This document shows positions 1-9,656 of a DNA stretch of 64,000 bases, piece by piece. The stretch is from Escherichia coli. GTDB taxonomy: Bacteria; Pseudomonadota; Gammaproteobacteria; Enterobacterales; Enterobacteriaceae. The notes beneath the pieces were generated by a model that made no database searches, was not told the DNA's origin, and was given only the letters and a program-made list of their open reading frames with translations. How positions within the stretch are numbered: the stretch's first letter is position 1; each line of letters starts with the position of its first letter. Where the stretch lies: assembly GCF_017348835.2 (NCBI RefSeq), contig NZ_CP072315.1, one strand, 5' to 3'. A program made the translations under genes and the position numbers.

Positions 1-1362
1 GTTGAATCTTCTACAAATGCCTGTGTTGGCATGATCCCATGTTCTGGAGGAACATGCGAAACTGGGCCAAAGGAAGAGAACAACGATTTTGGAAAAGTTG
101 CGGCTTATTCAAACATGGTTCAGTACATGCAGGGCGAAGCCAAATGCGAAGACCCTAACGATGCCAATTCCTGTTCTGTCTTTGAAGGAAAACCTGAATG
201 GTGTGGTCGTTCAGTAGGCTTTGTAAATGGCCTGGCAAAGACGGACTGCTGCGAAGCACCGCAGGGAACCGCAGGAGCACTTGAAGGTATCATGCTTGCC
301 GGATCTATGATCAGAAACACTAACTGGACCAGAGTTAATGCTCAGCTAATAAAATGGACCGGCGGTGATACAGGTACATGGGCTTCTATGTCCAATGCGG
401 TCGGTGAGTGGACTGCATCAGCTGGTAAAACAGTAGGGCAAATGTGGAACAATGTCACGAGCTCCTTAACGAGCGTATATGAAAACGTCGCTGGTAATCT
501 AAGCAGGGCAGTTGGGTCTTCCGCAACTTCTGGAGGGGCAGGAGGTGCTGGCCAGTTGGCACAGGAAACAATGTCCAGCTTCGGTATAGGTCAGCTTAAG
601 CAGATGGCAATGAAGAAAGCCTACGAATTGCTACCAGATACAGTTCGAGACTTTGTCTTTAAGAACGTTGCTACTACCGGAGGAGAGGTTGTCTTCTCGG
701 CTGCGGTTCAAAACTTTATGCTTGCATTAAACGTGATCGGTTGGATTTATACAGCCTATCAGGTCACTAAAATGCTTTTAGAAATGTTGGTAGCATGCGA
801 CCAGAAAGAGATGGAAGCTTCTATTCATAAGAATCAAAAATCCTGTTTTACATTAGATACGGAACGATGCGTCAAATATCTGAATGTTGGTTTCACAAAG
901 AAATGCGTTAAAAAAGCAACAGACATGTGCTGTTATAATTCCATGTTGTCACGCGTTATTATGCAACAAGCTTATCCGCAATTAGGAATAGACCCTGTCG
1001 CCTCTAATTGCGTGGGGCTATCAATAAAGCAAATACAGCAACTGGATTTCGATAAAATTGATCTGACGGAGTGGATTAATGATGCAGTTCAGGTAGGAGA
1101 AGTTCCTGATCAATATTCAAAATTCTCCGAAGAATCAATTGTGGAAAACTTACCATTCCAGAATGAGAACTATCAACTTCCATCAGAACGTACCAAGGAA
1201 GCAATGGGCGGTGAAGAAAATATGATAAAGGCCAGACAAGAAAATGCTCAGGCTATAAAAGAGGAAAATGTAGATTGTAGCTATTTACCTCGACCGGCCA
1301 TATGTGAGGTAGGTTCAACTACGCTGGATCCGGTTACGGGCAAGCAGTTGCCGAAATATTGA
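1..1362 (+). CDS. Cysteine-rich conjugative transfer protein, TraN-like (C-terminal part; frame open to window start)
   Basis: No stop codon between position 1 and the track ORF at 31; many spaced Cys (CETG, TDCCE, CVKYL, KKCVKK, DMCCYN) as in TraN-type outer-membrane mating-pair proteins; family assignment from memory. Confidence 0.4.
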   Translation, partial: VESSTNACVGMIPCSGGTCETGPKEENNDFGKVAAYSNMVQYMQGEAKCEDPNDANSCSVFEGKPEWCGRSVGFVNGLAKTDCCEAPQGTAGALEGIMLAGSMIRNTNWTRVNAQLIKWTGGDTGTWASMSNAVGEWTASAGKTVGQMWNNVTSSLTSVYENVAGNLSRAVGSSATSGGAGGAGQLAQETMSSFGIGQLKQMAMKKAYELLPDTVRDFVFKNVATTGGEVVFSAAVQNFMLALNVIGWIYTAYQVTKMLLEMLVACDQKEMEASIHKNQKSCFTLDTERCVKYLNVGFTKKCVKKATDMCCYNSMLSRVIMQQAYPQLGIDPVASNCVGLSIKQIQQLDFDKIDLTEWINDAVQVGEVPDQYSKFSEESIVENLPFQNENYQLPSERTKEAMGGEENMIKARQENAQAIKEENVDCSYLPRPAICEVGSTTLDPVTGKQLPKY

Positions 1363-1366
1363 AGAA

Positions 1367-1388
1367 GGGGCCGTTAGGCCCCTTTTTT
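1367..1388. terminator. Bidirectional intrinsic terminator between convergent genes
   Basis: GGGGCC-gtta-GGCCCC stem followed by TTTTTT, between the 1362 stop (+) and 1391 stop (-). Confidence 0.6.
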
Positions 1389-1390
1389 AA

Positions 1391-2263
1391 TTACTTGGCT
1401 TTCAATGTTTTTTCTGGGAAGCCTTTTTTACCGTATTCACCGGTAAAGAGGTAATAATCTTTTCCGTTGATGGAGGCTGCAACACCCCCTGGAGTTGTTG
1501 TATTTGGGCTATCAGAACGGAAAATGATACCCGAAAAATCAGCGCTTGTTTCGTTTCCTTTAAATGGGATGAACACATAACGAATTACAGCGTAATCACC
1601 AGCGGGAAGGTTTAGCTGAGGAATTTCGGTTCCTGTTGCGGGGCGAATCGCCTGAAAGCTGTACATTGAATCTGTAGGGAAAACATCAGCATCAGGCTTA
1701 GAGGGCAGATCACAGGTACTCCATTTATTGACGACTGCCATATCAATTTTACATGTGGCCAGAGCTGCTTTCTGTTTTTCAGGGTTGTATCCAAATGAGG
1801 CCTGAGTTGCTTTTGTATGCTCAAAAACATACTTAGCTCCTTCACGTACCAAACTTTCATCATTGTAAGGCAATTTTTTTGGATTGGGGACGAACACTAG
1901 GTATTGATTGACCTGGATGTATTCGGCGTCAGAAGAACTGTACAAAGAGCCGAGGCTCATGATCCCAAAACCTTTTAGACCGCCTGTTACGTAGCCCATC
2001 GAACTATTGATGAGATACTTAGAAAGAAAGTTGTCGGCATCCCCTCCAGGAGTAACCTCTTGCTCCTTAAAATTAACGTCGAAACCAGCAAACGAATAGG
2101 CATTCTTGGCGACAGAATCATTTGCTTTAGCATGCCAGTACTGGCCGTGACTGTACGCATTCAGAGCGGTGCCTGGCGTAGTGCCGGTGTCACCGGCACA
2201 ACCCGATAGGGAAAAACCAATGACGACAGAAGAGACCAGAGATACTAAACGTAAAAGTTTCAT
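1391..2263 (-). CDS. Lipoprotein of unknown function
   Basis: N-terminal signal peptide MKLLRLVSLVSSVVIGFSLSGC with lipobox LSGC; no recognisable catalytic motif. Confidence 0.6.
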   Translation of the reverse strand: MKLLRLVSLVSSVVIGFSLSGCAGDTGTTPGTALNAYSHGQYWHAKANDSVAKNAYSFAGFDVNFKEQEVTPGGDADNFLSKYLINSSMGYVTGGLKGFGIMSLGSLYSSSDAEYIQVNQYLVFVPNPKKLPYNDESLVREGAKYVFEHTKATQASFGYNPEKQKAALATCKIDMAVVNKWSTCDLPSKPDADVFPTDSMYSFQAIRPATGTEIPQLNLPAGDYAVIRYVFIPFKGNETSADFSGIIFRSDSPNTTTPGGVAASINGKDYYLFTGEYGKKGFPEKTLKAK

Positions 2264-2442
2264 TTAAAGCCCTTTTTGTAATGTCTTTTGGAGATGGAAC
2301 CATTATTCCATAGTCACGCGTTTCACAAACAACCTGATTGCATAAAAAAGGAAAAAAAGTGATTTCCAGTAGAACCAGCAGTACACAAGAAAAGCGCTTT
2401 TATAAAAATGTATAATTATTAAAACGAAGTAATGAGGTTGAA

Positions 2443-4227
2443 ATGGGTAAGCCAACAGAAGAGCAAAGACCTGTTATCGAGAATGCTAGCGCAAACAATA
2501 TGGTGATAGCAGCGCCTGGATCAGGCAAATCATTCACCATGATAGAAGCGGTTATATCGATTCTCAAAAAGTATCCATATGCAAGAATCGGGATGGTGAC
2601 CTTTACTCGCGCTGCAACAAACGCACTTGCAGCAAAGTTACAAAAGCGATTGAGCAAGAAGGATCTTGACCGGGTGCTGGTGGATACTTTTCACGGACTC
2701 GTTAAGAAGCAACTGGACATGATTCGCTGGCCGGGAAAGATGTTGATAGGGCCAGCACAGAGATCTGTCATTCACCGGGCTTTGAAAGAATCCGGTGTAA
2801 CGATGAAGTTTGCTGAAGCTGAATTCGTTATTGATGCTATCGGCAGAGAAATGGATACGGATGTGATTTCAGTTCGGCATAACAGACAACAGATCCATTT
2901 ATTTAATACCTATCAGGCGTTATGCCAGAAAGACCATGTGGCGGACCTCAATGCTCTTTCAAAATTTGTTGTCGGTCAAATGCATTCGGGAAAAATGCGC
3001 ACGTTAGATTTGACACATTTGATAGTAGACGAAGTTCAGGATACTGACTCTATACAATTCTCATGGATAGCATTGCATACAAGAGCTGGAGTCTATACGA
3101 GTATAGTTGGAGACGATGATCAGGCCATCTACTCCTTCAGATCCTCAGGAGGAGTCAAAATATTTCAACAGTTTGAAAAACACTTCAGACCTAACATATT
3201 TTACTTAAACACATGCTTTAGGTGTGAACCTGAAATTTTAGAGGTGGCCGGAGCACTGATAGGAAAGAATGTTTACCGTTATGCCAAAGAGTTACGCTCG
3301 GCAAAAAAGGGAGGAGGAAAGGTCACTTTTCGTTCATATGTAGATATGGAGGAACAGATACAGGGTATTTTAAGCCTTATAAATCAGGATCCACATGGAT
3401 GGGCAATTCTAAGCCGCAATAATGCTCACTTGGATGAGCTAGAAAGTTTGATCGAACAGCCAGTAATTCGTTACGGAGGTAAATCATTCTGGGATGAAAA
3501 AGAAACAAGCGATGTGTTAAGCCTTATGGCCTTTTTCCGACAATCAAATGATCCTCGCTTAATGAAGAGAGTATTGGCATTGTTTGGAGAACAGGAATCA
3601 GTTTTGGATGATGTGGCATTGAGTATGAGAGGAAGAAAAGTTACTTTTGGCGACCTTGCCATCCCGGAGGACAGTTCTCTCGAAACAAAAACATTACATT
3701 CAAACTTCGTGCGCTTTACCCAGGAAAGTACTGATAAAGTTGAGATAGCAAAACGTTTCGCCAACCTTACGAAATGGATGGAATCGTCGTCAATCAAGAT
3801 GAGGAGTAATAAAGGTACAGCAACCTTAACAAAAATTGCTTTAGACACTTGTAAACAGTGGGCAGAAAAGACTGGTTGGATGAATATGATCAATCGTGCT
3901 GCTGCAATGTCATTAGGCCCTAGGAAGAAGGACGAGGAATACAGCCCAGAGAAAGTAGTCCTATCAACCTTGCATGGTTCAAAGGGTCTTGAGTGGAATA
4001 AAGTAATAATAATGAGTTGTAATGCGGATCAGATACCAAGTAAAAGATCAGTTGGGGAGGAGGCAATAGAAGAAGAAAGACGTTTGCTTTATGTTGGATT
4101 TACGCGTGCAGAAAAGCAACTTTTTGTAATGTGGTATGGTGACCCTTCTTTCTTTTTAAGAGAATGCAGTGAAGAAAAGATAAAAGAAGCAGCTAATATT
4201 CGAATTTCTCCAGTTTATACAGAATAA
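2443..4227 (+). CDS. UvrD/Rep-type superfamily-1 DNA helicase
   Basis: Walker A AAPGSGKS, DEVQDTD (motif II), VGDDDQAIYSFR, C-terminal LHGSKGLEW and LLYVGFTRA. Confidence 0.85.
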   Translation: MGKPTEEQRPVIENASANNMVIAAPGSGKSFTMIEAVISILKKYPYARIGMVTFTRAATNALAAKLQKRLSKKDLDRVLVDTFHGLVKKQLDMIRWPGKMLIGPAQRSVIHRALKESGVTMKFAEAEFVIDAIGREMDTDVISVRHNRQQIHLFNTYQALCQKDHVADLNALSKFVVGQMHSGKMRTLDLTHLIVDEVQDTDSIQFSWIALHTRAGVYTSIVGDDDQAIYSFRSSGGVKIFQQFEKHFRPNIFYLNTCFRCEPEILEVAGALIGKNVYRYAKELRSAKKGGGKVTFRSYVDMEEQIQGILSLINQDPHGWAILSRNNAHLDELESLIEQPVIRYGGKSFWDEKETSDVLSLMAFFRQSNDPRLMKRVLALFGEQESVLDDVALSMRGRKVTFGDLAIPEDSSLETKTLHSNFVRFTQESTDKVEIAKRFANLTKWMESSSIKMRSNKGTATLTKIALDTCKQWAEKTGWMNMINRAAAMSLGPRKKDEEYSPEKVVLSTLHGSKGLEWNKVIIMSCNADQIPSKRSVGEEAIEEERRLLYVGFTRAEKQLFVMWYGDPSFFLRECSEEKIKEAANIRISPVYTE

Positions 4228-4621
4228 TTCGATATGGGCATTTACTTATGCTTAAAGCTATAGTATAAAAACAATGAGCTTAAATATCAGCTCCCAAATT
4301 TGAGTAACTTTGCTTAAAGTTACTTTCGCGTTAAGCGTTGATTTAGCCGTGAAAAGCGGCCAGCTTAAACAAGCTGTAAGACACCACCGGCAAAATGTCA
4401 CCTTTGTCGCTGGTGCACTTCCCATGCCTGAAAAAGGCAATCTGAATTTACCAAACCGTAACTAATTTAGCTCCTCCTGGAGCTATTTTTGTTGCGTACT
4501 TCTAATGCCAGATAGTATAAATCAGGCGGTTCATAGCTTACGGGAGATGAATGACAGGCTTTGCCTTCGTGTTGAAACAAAAAATTGTTTCTTCCTTCTT
4601 ACTATATATAGGTGACCCCAA

Positions 4622-5494
4622 ATGTCTAAAAATAAAGCTCGCAGTAAAGCCCTTCATCAAACCTTTAGTGAAATTATTCCAGAGATGGATAAGGCGCTAA
4701 ACAAACAGCTCTTAGAAGTTCTGATGAAATATACAGAACGTGATAATGAACTGATTGTTATTTTGAATGAGGACGGCCCAAATATCATTGAACTTAAGTC
4801 TCTTAAGCCTGTGTCTTTGTTGGCCGAAAAGCTTTCTGCTTATTCAAGCTATTATCATGTGGATGTTGTGGAGCTCGTGGTCAAGAAAATTGATTTCGAA
4901 GGAGCTTATAAGCTTCTTAAAGCTTCCCCAGATGTACCACTTTTTAAAAGCTTAACTGAACTGGATAAATATCTTGTTGAGGAGTTTGAAAAATACGGAT
5001 TAAATTCATTTCTTGACGTGGATAATCTGGATTACTCACTTGAAAAAGCCAGTGAACTCAAAAATGAGCAGTTAATAAATTGGGTTTCGGACATCATTTG
5101 CAAACGTGAAAAATTAACTTTACGTAAGCGTTTTGATGTCGCAGTAAAGGCCCACTACGAAAATGTAGAAAAAATGTATGATACCATTCGTCCGTTAATG
5201 AAAAAACTGGGTTTCCCAGAAGATCTCATGACGCACACCTTTAGTGAGTTAAGCGTTTTTGAAACTAAAGGATGGGACCATGCAATAAAATCGAAAATTG
5301 AGACTCTCGCTAAGCGTGAAACTCAATATTTAGATGATGCGGCTAAAGCAGAGAATCGACGTCTTGTAACAGAGAAGTTGGAGAACTCTTTAGCGATTGC
5401 ACCAACTAAACCAACAAGAAATTGGTTACATATTGCCGGAATTGCCTGTTTGGTAGTCTGCACGTTCATGTATGTAACTAATAAATTTATTTAA
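4622..5494 (+). CDS. Hypothetical protein, helical with C-terminal membrane anchor
   Basis: 290-aa ORF; hydrophobic C-terminus IAGIACLVVCTFMYV; upstream RBS-like stretch. Confidence 0.5.
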   Translation: MSKNKARSKALHQTFSEIIPEMDKALNKQLLEVLMKYTERDNELIVILNEDGPNIIELKSLKPVSLLAEKLSAYSSYYHVDVVELVVKKIDFEGAYKLLKASPDVPLFKSLTELDKYLVEEFEKYGLNSFLDVDNLDYSLEKASELKNEQLINWVSDIICKREKLTLRKRFDVAVKAHYENVEKMYDTIRPLMKKLGFPEDLMTHTFSELSVFETKGWDHAIKSKIETLAKRETQYLDDAAKAENRRLVTEKLENSLAIAPTKPTRNWLHIAGIACLVVCTFMYVTNKFI

Positions 5495-5551
5495 TCCTGT
5501 TAAGGGGGAACCCTAACGGGGCTTCTCTTTGAACAAATCGAGGAGCGGAAA

Positions 5552-5929
5552 ATGTCATATCTTGAATATATCAATGAAGTAAAAGTGTCCGGGATAGTTA
5601 TCAGTGCTGTGGAGAAAAAAATGACTGACCAGAGTATAGGTTTGTTAATAAAGCTCAAAAATAGGATGAAGACAGAAGTTGATGGTGAAATCACTGAGAG
5701 AGAATTTTCAGTTCAAATCAAGGTGTCGCCTGAAATGTATTCAACCTGTTTCACTGGTATAAATCAGGGTGATGAGTTGATGGTCTCCGGTTATATTGTT
5801 GTCGATACTATTATGATTGAAGGGAGAGAACATCCTCTTGACTACATGAGAGTGGTAGCAACAAGTAAGTTGGCTCACATACCTAAACCTCTAAAAGGTT
5901 TTGGACAAAGTAGCTTTAATCAGATCTGA
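5552..5929 (+). CDS. Hypothetical protein (125 aa)
   Basis: ORF with GGAG-type RBS upstream; no motif recognised. Confidence 0.45.
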   Translation: MSYLEYINEVKVSGIVISAVEKKMTDQSIGLLIKLKNRMKTEVDGEITEREFSVQIKVSPEMYSTCFTGINQGDELMVSGYIVVDTIMIEGREHPLDYMRVVATSKLAHIPKPLKGFGQSSFNQI

Positions 5930-5949
5930 CATTAAACCCACCCTAAAGG

Positions 5950-5980
5950 GGAGAAATCCCTTCATGGGATTTCTCCTTTT
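5950..5980 (+). terminator. Intergenic hairpin + U-tract (terminator/attenuator-like)
   Basis: GGAGAAATCCC-ttcat-GGGATTTCTCC then TTTT, immediately followed by GGAG and the ATG at 5990. Confidence 0.55.
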
Positions 5981-5989
5981 GGAGTCCCC

Positions 5990-6967
5990 ATGAAACAAAA
6001 ATTTAGGGCTACTGCAATAAGTAGTAATCAACTTAGTTTTTTTTCTATACTCGATATAGATGAAGATGAAATAACGCAAATAGTTGATTCACCCAAAGAG
6101 CATTTAAATGATGCTTACACGTCCGGATTAAACTTTAAATCAGAAGAAAGTAACATTTCTGAGATAAATTATGATTCTGAAAGGCGTGAAAATCACCTTT
6201 ATGAAAAATCCAAATTACTTAAAAATCAGATTTTGCATACAATTAATTTTGCAGCAGAAACAGATTATCTATATACGGTTGAAGAATATAACCCAGATTT
6301 GGGTGGTCTGGTAATAGAATGGACCCCTGAGGATGTGTATGTTGTTTTTCTATCCGCTATGGAAGAGTCTTTGGAAATCATTAAAGAACTAGTGTTGAGG
6401 AGAAAGTTATTCTTCAAAGATGACAATGGTAATATCACAGTGAATCCACTTTTAGAAGCTGAAACACGGTGGTATATGTCAAAATCATTTGAATACACTT
6501 GTTTATGTCATGGACTTGATGCATGTGAATTTAGAGCGGAATTAAAATCATGGCTCTATTATCATTCGCATCGTTCGATTAGTGAAAACACGAAATTAGC
6601 TGAATGCAGGAATGATGATGAAATCATTTTGCATGATTGCAATGACGATATGGGCTGGGACATCTTCTTTGATCAGGATTATTTAATGTCAGAAAAAAAA
6701 CTGGCTGTTAAATGGACTGACAGGGAAATTATGGATGTTTACATAAAAGCTTTTAAATCCACATTAGAGTTGTTTGACGAGCTTGTTTCATGTGATCTGT
6801 TAACTAAACGAAACGCTTTTGGCAAGTTAGAAATCAATCCAATATTCGAAAATCATTTTGAATGGATCATGTCTGAAGCTTTTGAAATAGTGGGAAATCA
6901 TCTTGGTTATAATGTGCCTCAAATCAGGAAACTGATGGCAACTATTTGCCAAATGAATCTCAAATAA
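5990..6967 (+). CDS. Hypothetical protein (325 aa)
   Basis: Long AT-rich ORF with RBS; no motif recognised. Confidence 0.5.
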   Translation: MKQKFRATAISSNQLSFFSILDIDEDEITQIVDSPKEHLNDAYTSGLNFKSEESNISEINYDSERRENHLYEKSKLLKNQILHTINFAAETDYLYTVEEYNPDLGGLVIEWTPEDVYVVFLSAMEESLEIIKELVLRRKLFFKDDNGNITVNPLLEAETRWYMSKSFEYTCLCHGLDACEFRAELKSWLYYHSHRSISENTKLAECRNDDEIILHDCNDDMGWDIFFDQDYLMSEKKLAVKWTDREIMDVYIKAFKSTLELFDELVSCDLLTKRNAFGKLEINPIFENHFEWIMSEAFEIVGNHLGYNVPQIRKLMATICQMNLK

Positions 6968-7024
6968 AATGCCACTGGCAAACATCTGCCAGAGGGCGGT
7001 GTTTGCATTTTACCGGAGTTAAAA

Positions 7025-8083
7025 ATGTCTAATGCCGCTATGAAGTTAAATGAAACATCTTCTGATGCTTATGAAAAATTAGAAGCTCTTCTTTCCCCGG
7101 ATGTTATAAAGTTAAAACATTATGTGGATAAAGGTGAGTATCTTTTAGTTCTAGCAAAGGACCTTTTTGGTATTCCAGAAATGGATCCAAAGATGGCTGT
7201 GCCTGTTTTCAAAACTAAAACCTCGTATCGAGCTCCGCTGAACAAAGACTACATACCAAATCCCCGAATACTTGAACAAGTGGTTAAACTGCTTATCAGT
7301 CCGGATATAGATTTAAGTGTGTGTCTTAAAGGTGAGTCCGGTTCTGGCAAGACTGAAATGGTAATGTACATTAGCCACATGATGAATTGGCCGCTGACAA
7401 TTAAGCAGATCAACAGCAATATTCGAGTTGATGAGCTTGAAGGTGAGCGCAGTCTTAATGGTGGTAATACAGGTTTTGTACACAGCGATTTGGTAACGGG
7501 ATTTCGTAATGGTCACCTCATTCTTCTGGATGAAGTGGACAAAATCGATCCTGATACGGCAGCAAAACTTCACATGCCCATTGAACGTAAGCCCTGGTCA
7601 CTCAGTGCTAATGGTGGTGAGGTTATAACTGCTAATGGCTACACGCGATTTATTGGTACTGCAAACACAAACATGAGTGGAGGCGCTCGCCGGTTCGTTT
7701 CTTCTCAACGTCAAGATGCAGCTTTTATAAAGCGGTTCTTGATAGTTGAAATGGAGAAGCCCGACAAAGTTGCTTTAACCAATGTGCTTACTAAACGATA
7801 TAGCTCTTTGCCTTTTCAGGTCATTGAGAAGTTCGTAAGAGTAGCGATTGCAGTAAATGACTCTGGTACAGAAGACAGTGTGATGGATATTCGTCAATTA
7901 GTAGCTTGGGTTGGCACGTCGATGACGTTAAAAACCTTTAGTCTTCTTGACACTTTCAAAATAGCTTTTGCTTCTGCTTTACCTTTACATGTGGTCGATC
8001 TTGTTCTTCAAGCTATAGATCTTTCTCTTGGCGAAGACAAGGATAAATCGCTGGAGTATTTCACAGCAAAAAAGTCGAGTTAG
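7025..8083 (+). CDS. AAA+ ATPase, MoxR/CobS-like
   Basis: Walker A GESGSGKT, Walker B HLILLDEVDK; size (~350 aa) matches CobS/MoxR-type ATPases. Confidence 0.75.
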   Translation: MSNAAMKLNETSSDAYEKLEALLSPDVIKLKHYVDKGEYLLVLAKDLFGIPEMDPKMAVPVFKTKTSYRAPLNKDYIPNPRILEQVVKLLISPDIDLSVCLKGESGSGKTEMVMYISHMMNWPLTIKQINSNIRVDELEGERSLNGGNTGFVHSDLVTGFRNGHLILLDEVDKIDPDTAAKLHMPIERKPWSLSANGGEVITANGYTRFIGTANTNMSGGARRFVSSQRQDAAFIKRFLIVEMEKPDKVALTNVLTKRYSSLPFQVIEKFVRVAIAVNDSGTEDSVMDIRQLVAWVGTSMTLKTFSLLDTFKIAFASALPLHVVDLVLQAIDLSLGEDKDKSLEYFTAKKSS

Positions 8084-8418
8084 ATGGGATTTGTTATGAA
8101 ACCTCTGATATTTGTATCTCAGAGTTATCCCATCTTGAATTTAGTGCGTTTTTAAGTACGGATGGTGCTGCTACCATTGCTATAGCAAAAAACGGAACTA
8201 ATTTTACTGGACTTATGCAACTGAATAACGACTATTCTTTATTGTTTTATCATGATGGTAAAATAAATATGGAAGGTCTGATTAAACAAATGGAATTAAA
8301 AGGTTATATGTATCAGGGAGCAATGGGCAATGATGATGTTGTTGCTGAGTTTCCCGGTATTCTTTTAATTTCACCAGAGAAGCTTTAATATCAACCCTAT
8401 CGGGAAATCTTTCCCGTT

Positions 8419-8441
8419 GGGGAGGGTTTCCCCTTTTTTTT
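8419..8441 (+). terminator. Intergenic hairpin + U-tract directly upstream of an RBS
   Basis: GGGGA-gggtt-TCCCC followed by an 8-T run, then GGAG and ATG at 8452; an additional CGGGAAA/TTTCCCG hairpin at 8401-8416. Confidence 0.5.
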
Positions 8442-8451
8442 GGAGAAACCC

Positions 8452-9579
8452 ATGACTTTAAATACTTCAATGCTTAACAAAGTATCTGCAAAACAAATCT
8501 CTGAGAATTTTGCAAAATCATATCCAGATTTACTGGAAGGTGCAGTTATAACAAAAATTGAAATAAGTGGCTGTCAAGGATCGCGTCGAACCGATAAAAT
8601 CGATTTGTCTTATGATGGAGATGATATTACGGATCAAAAAAGCGTATCTAAAAGCGAAGTACGCTGGATTGACATAAAAGCCCTTAGCTTCAAAAGTACG
8701 ATTACCAGCAGAATATCAACTCTTTGCTCACGCTTGTGCATCCGCTATAGCAATATGTGGATTTTACCAGTATCCAGTATGGAAGAGTTTCTGGAAGGGG
8801 CCCAAGAGATTGAACGAGAGTTTCAGGCAGGTATTCAAAACGTTGTAGACAATTATGAGATGCATATTGAGGCTGAAAAAAATAGAAGCCCAAGAATGTC
8901 TTCTTTGATTGATCAGTTGAAATTAACTAAAGATGATTTCATAAAATCCTTTAGATTTAATATTGCTCACTTTATTCCTTTTACGCCTATTAGCGTTGAA
9001 GGTGATGAAACCCAGGACTACTATCAGGAACAATTGATAACAGATCTGGCAGAAGAAGCAATGAAGGTTTATGAAAAAATTAGCAAAAATAACAATTTGC
9101 GCTCAAGTACTATTGACCGACTGAAGCAAATGCAAAATAAGATCATTAGCTTCATGTTTATACATAAAGAGGCGGCAGTACTTGCAGAAGCTATAAAACA
9201 CATAATGAATAATTTACCTAAAGGTGCCATTTCTGAACCTCGCGACGTTGCGGTGTTACAGCAGTGGTTTTATTTCATGAGTGATGCTTCAATGTTAAAG
9301 CGTATTATTTCAGGAGAGCAAAAGGTTACTGACTGGTTGGAATCTATTACCAGATCATTTAATCAAAGCTCACAAACAGAACCGAACGCGCTACAGAACA
9401 CAGGTATTGAAGCTATTTTAGATTCAACAAATGTGTTCCAGGTTGAACCTGTCGTAGAGAACGATATAAATAACAGCACGTTTTCAAACACTGATCCTGT
9501 AGCTGAACCTGAGAAATCAGTTTCGCAACAGGAAGACAATGTTGAAAATGGTTTTGATATCGAGCTCAAAGGCTGGTAA
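8452..9579 (+). CDS. Hypothetical protein (375 aa)
   Basis: Track ORF starts at TTG 8440; ATG at 8452 has a GGAG RBS. No motif recognised. Confidence 0.5.
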   Translation: MTLNTSMLNKVSAKQISENFAKSYPDLLEGAVITKIEISGCQGSRRTDKIDLSYDGDDITDQKSVSKSEVRWIDIKALSFKSTITSRISTLCSRLCIRYSNMWILPVSSMEEFLEGAQEIEREFQAGIQNVVDNYEMHIEAEKNRSPRMSSLIDQLKLTKDDFIKSFRFNIAHFIPFTPISVEGDETQDYYQEQLITDLAEEAMKVYEKISKNNNLRSSTIDRLKQMQNKIISFMFIHKEAAVLAEAIKHIMNNLPKGAISEPRDVAVLQQWFYFMSDASMLKRIISGEQKVTDWLESITRSFNQSSQTEPNALQNTGIEAILDSTNVFQVEPVVENDINNSTFSNTDPVAEPEKSVSQQEDNVENGFDIELKGW

Positions 9580-9599
9580 CTGTTTGCTTTATTAAAAAC

Positions 9600-9641
9600 C
9601 CCAGATGGGTACTTCACCATCTGGGTGAGTACCCCTTTTTT
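9600..9641 (+). terminator. Intergenic hairpin + U-tract
   Basis: CCCAGATGG-(8 nt)-CCATCTGGG stem, then ACCCC and TTTTTT, 16 nt before the ATG at 9657. Confidence 0.55.
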
Positions 9642-9656
9642 ATAAAGAGGTATTCT

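Noticed and set aside
120-320. Short antisense or alternative-frame ORFs embedded in larger genes (e.g. 120-320, 1612-1863, 3471-3893, 10207-10458, 10408-10905, 22028-22386, 28679-30017, 34739-35106, 43162-44028, 55978-56514)
   Set aside because: Each lies inside a longer ORF with recognisable motifs or better start context, lacks an RBS and has biased low-complexity composition; treated as translation artefacts.
2443-4227. Gabija-like defence (GajB helicase) interpretation of the UvrD-like helicase
   Set aside because: No GajA-like ATPase/Toprim partner adjacent; the flanking gene is a divergent lipoprotein.
8084-8440. Small ORFs (23 and ~56 aa) in the spacer after the AAA+ ATPase gene
   Set aside because: No convincing RBS or conservation signal; possibly remnants. 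Left unannotated.
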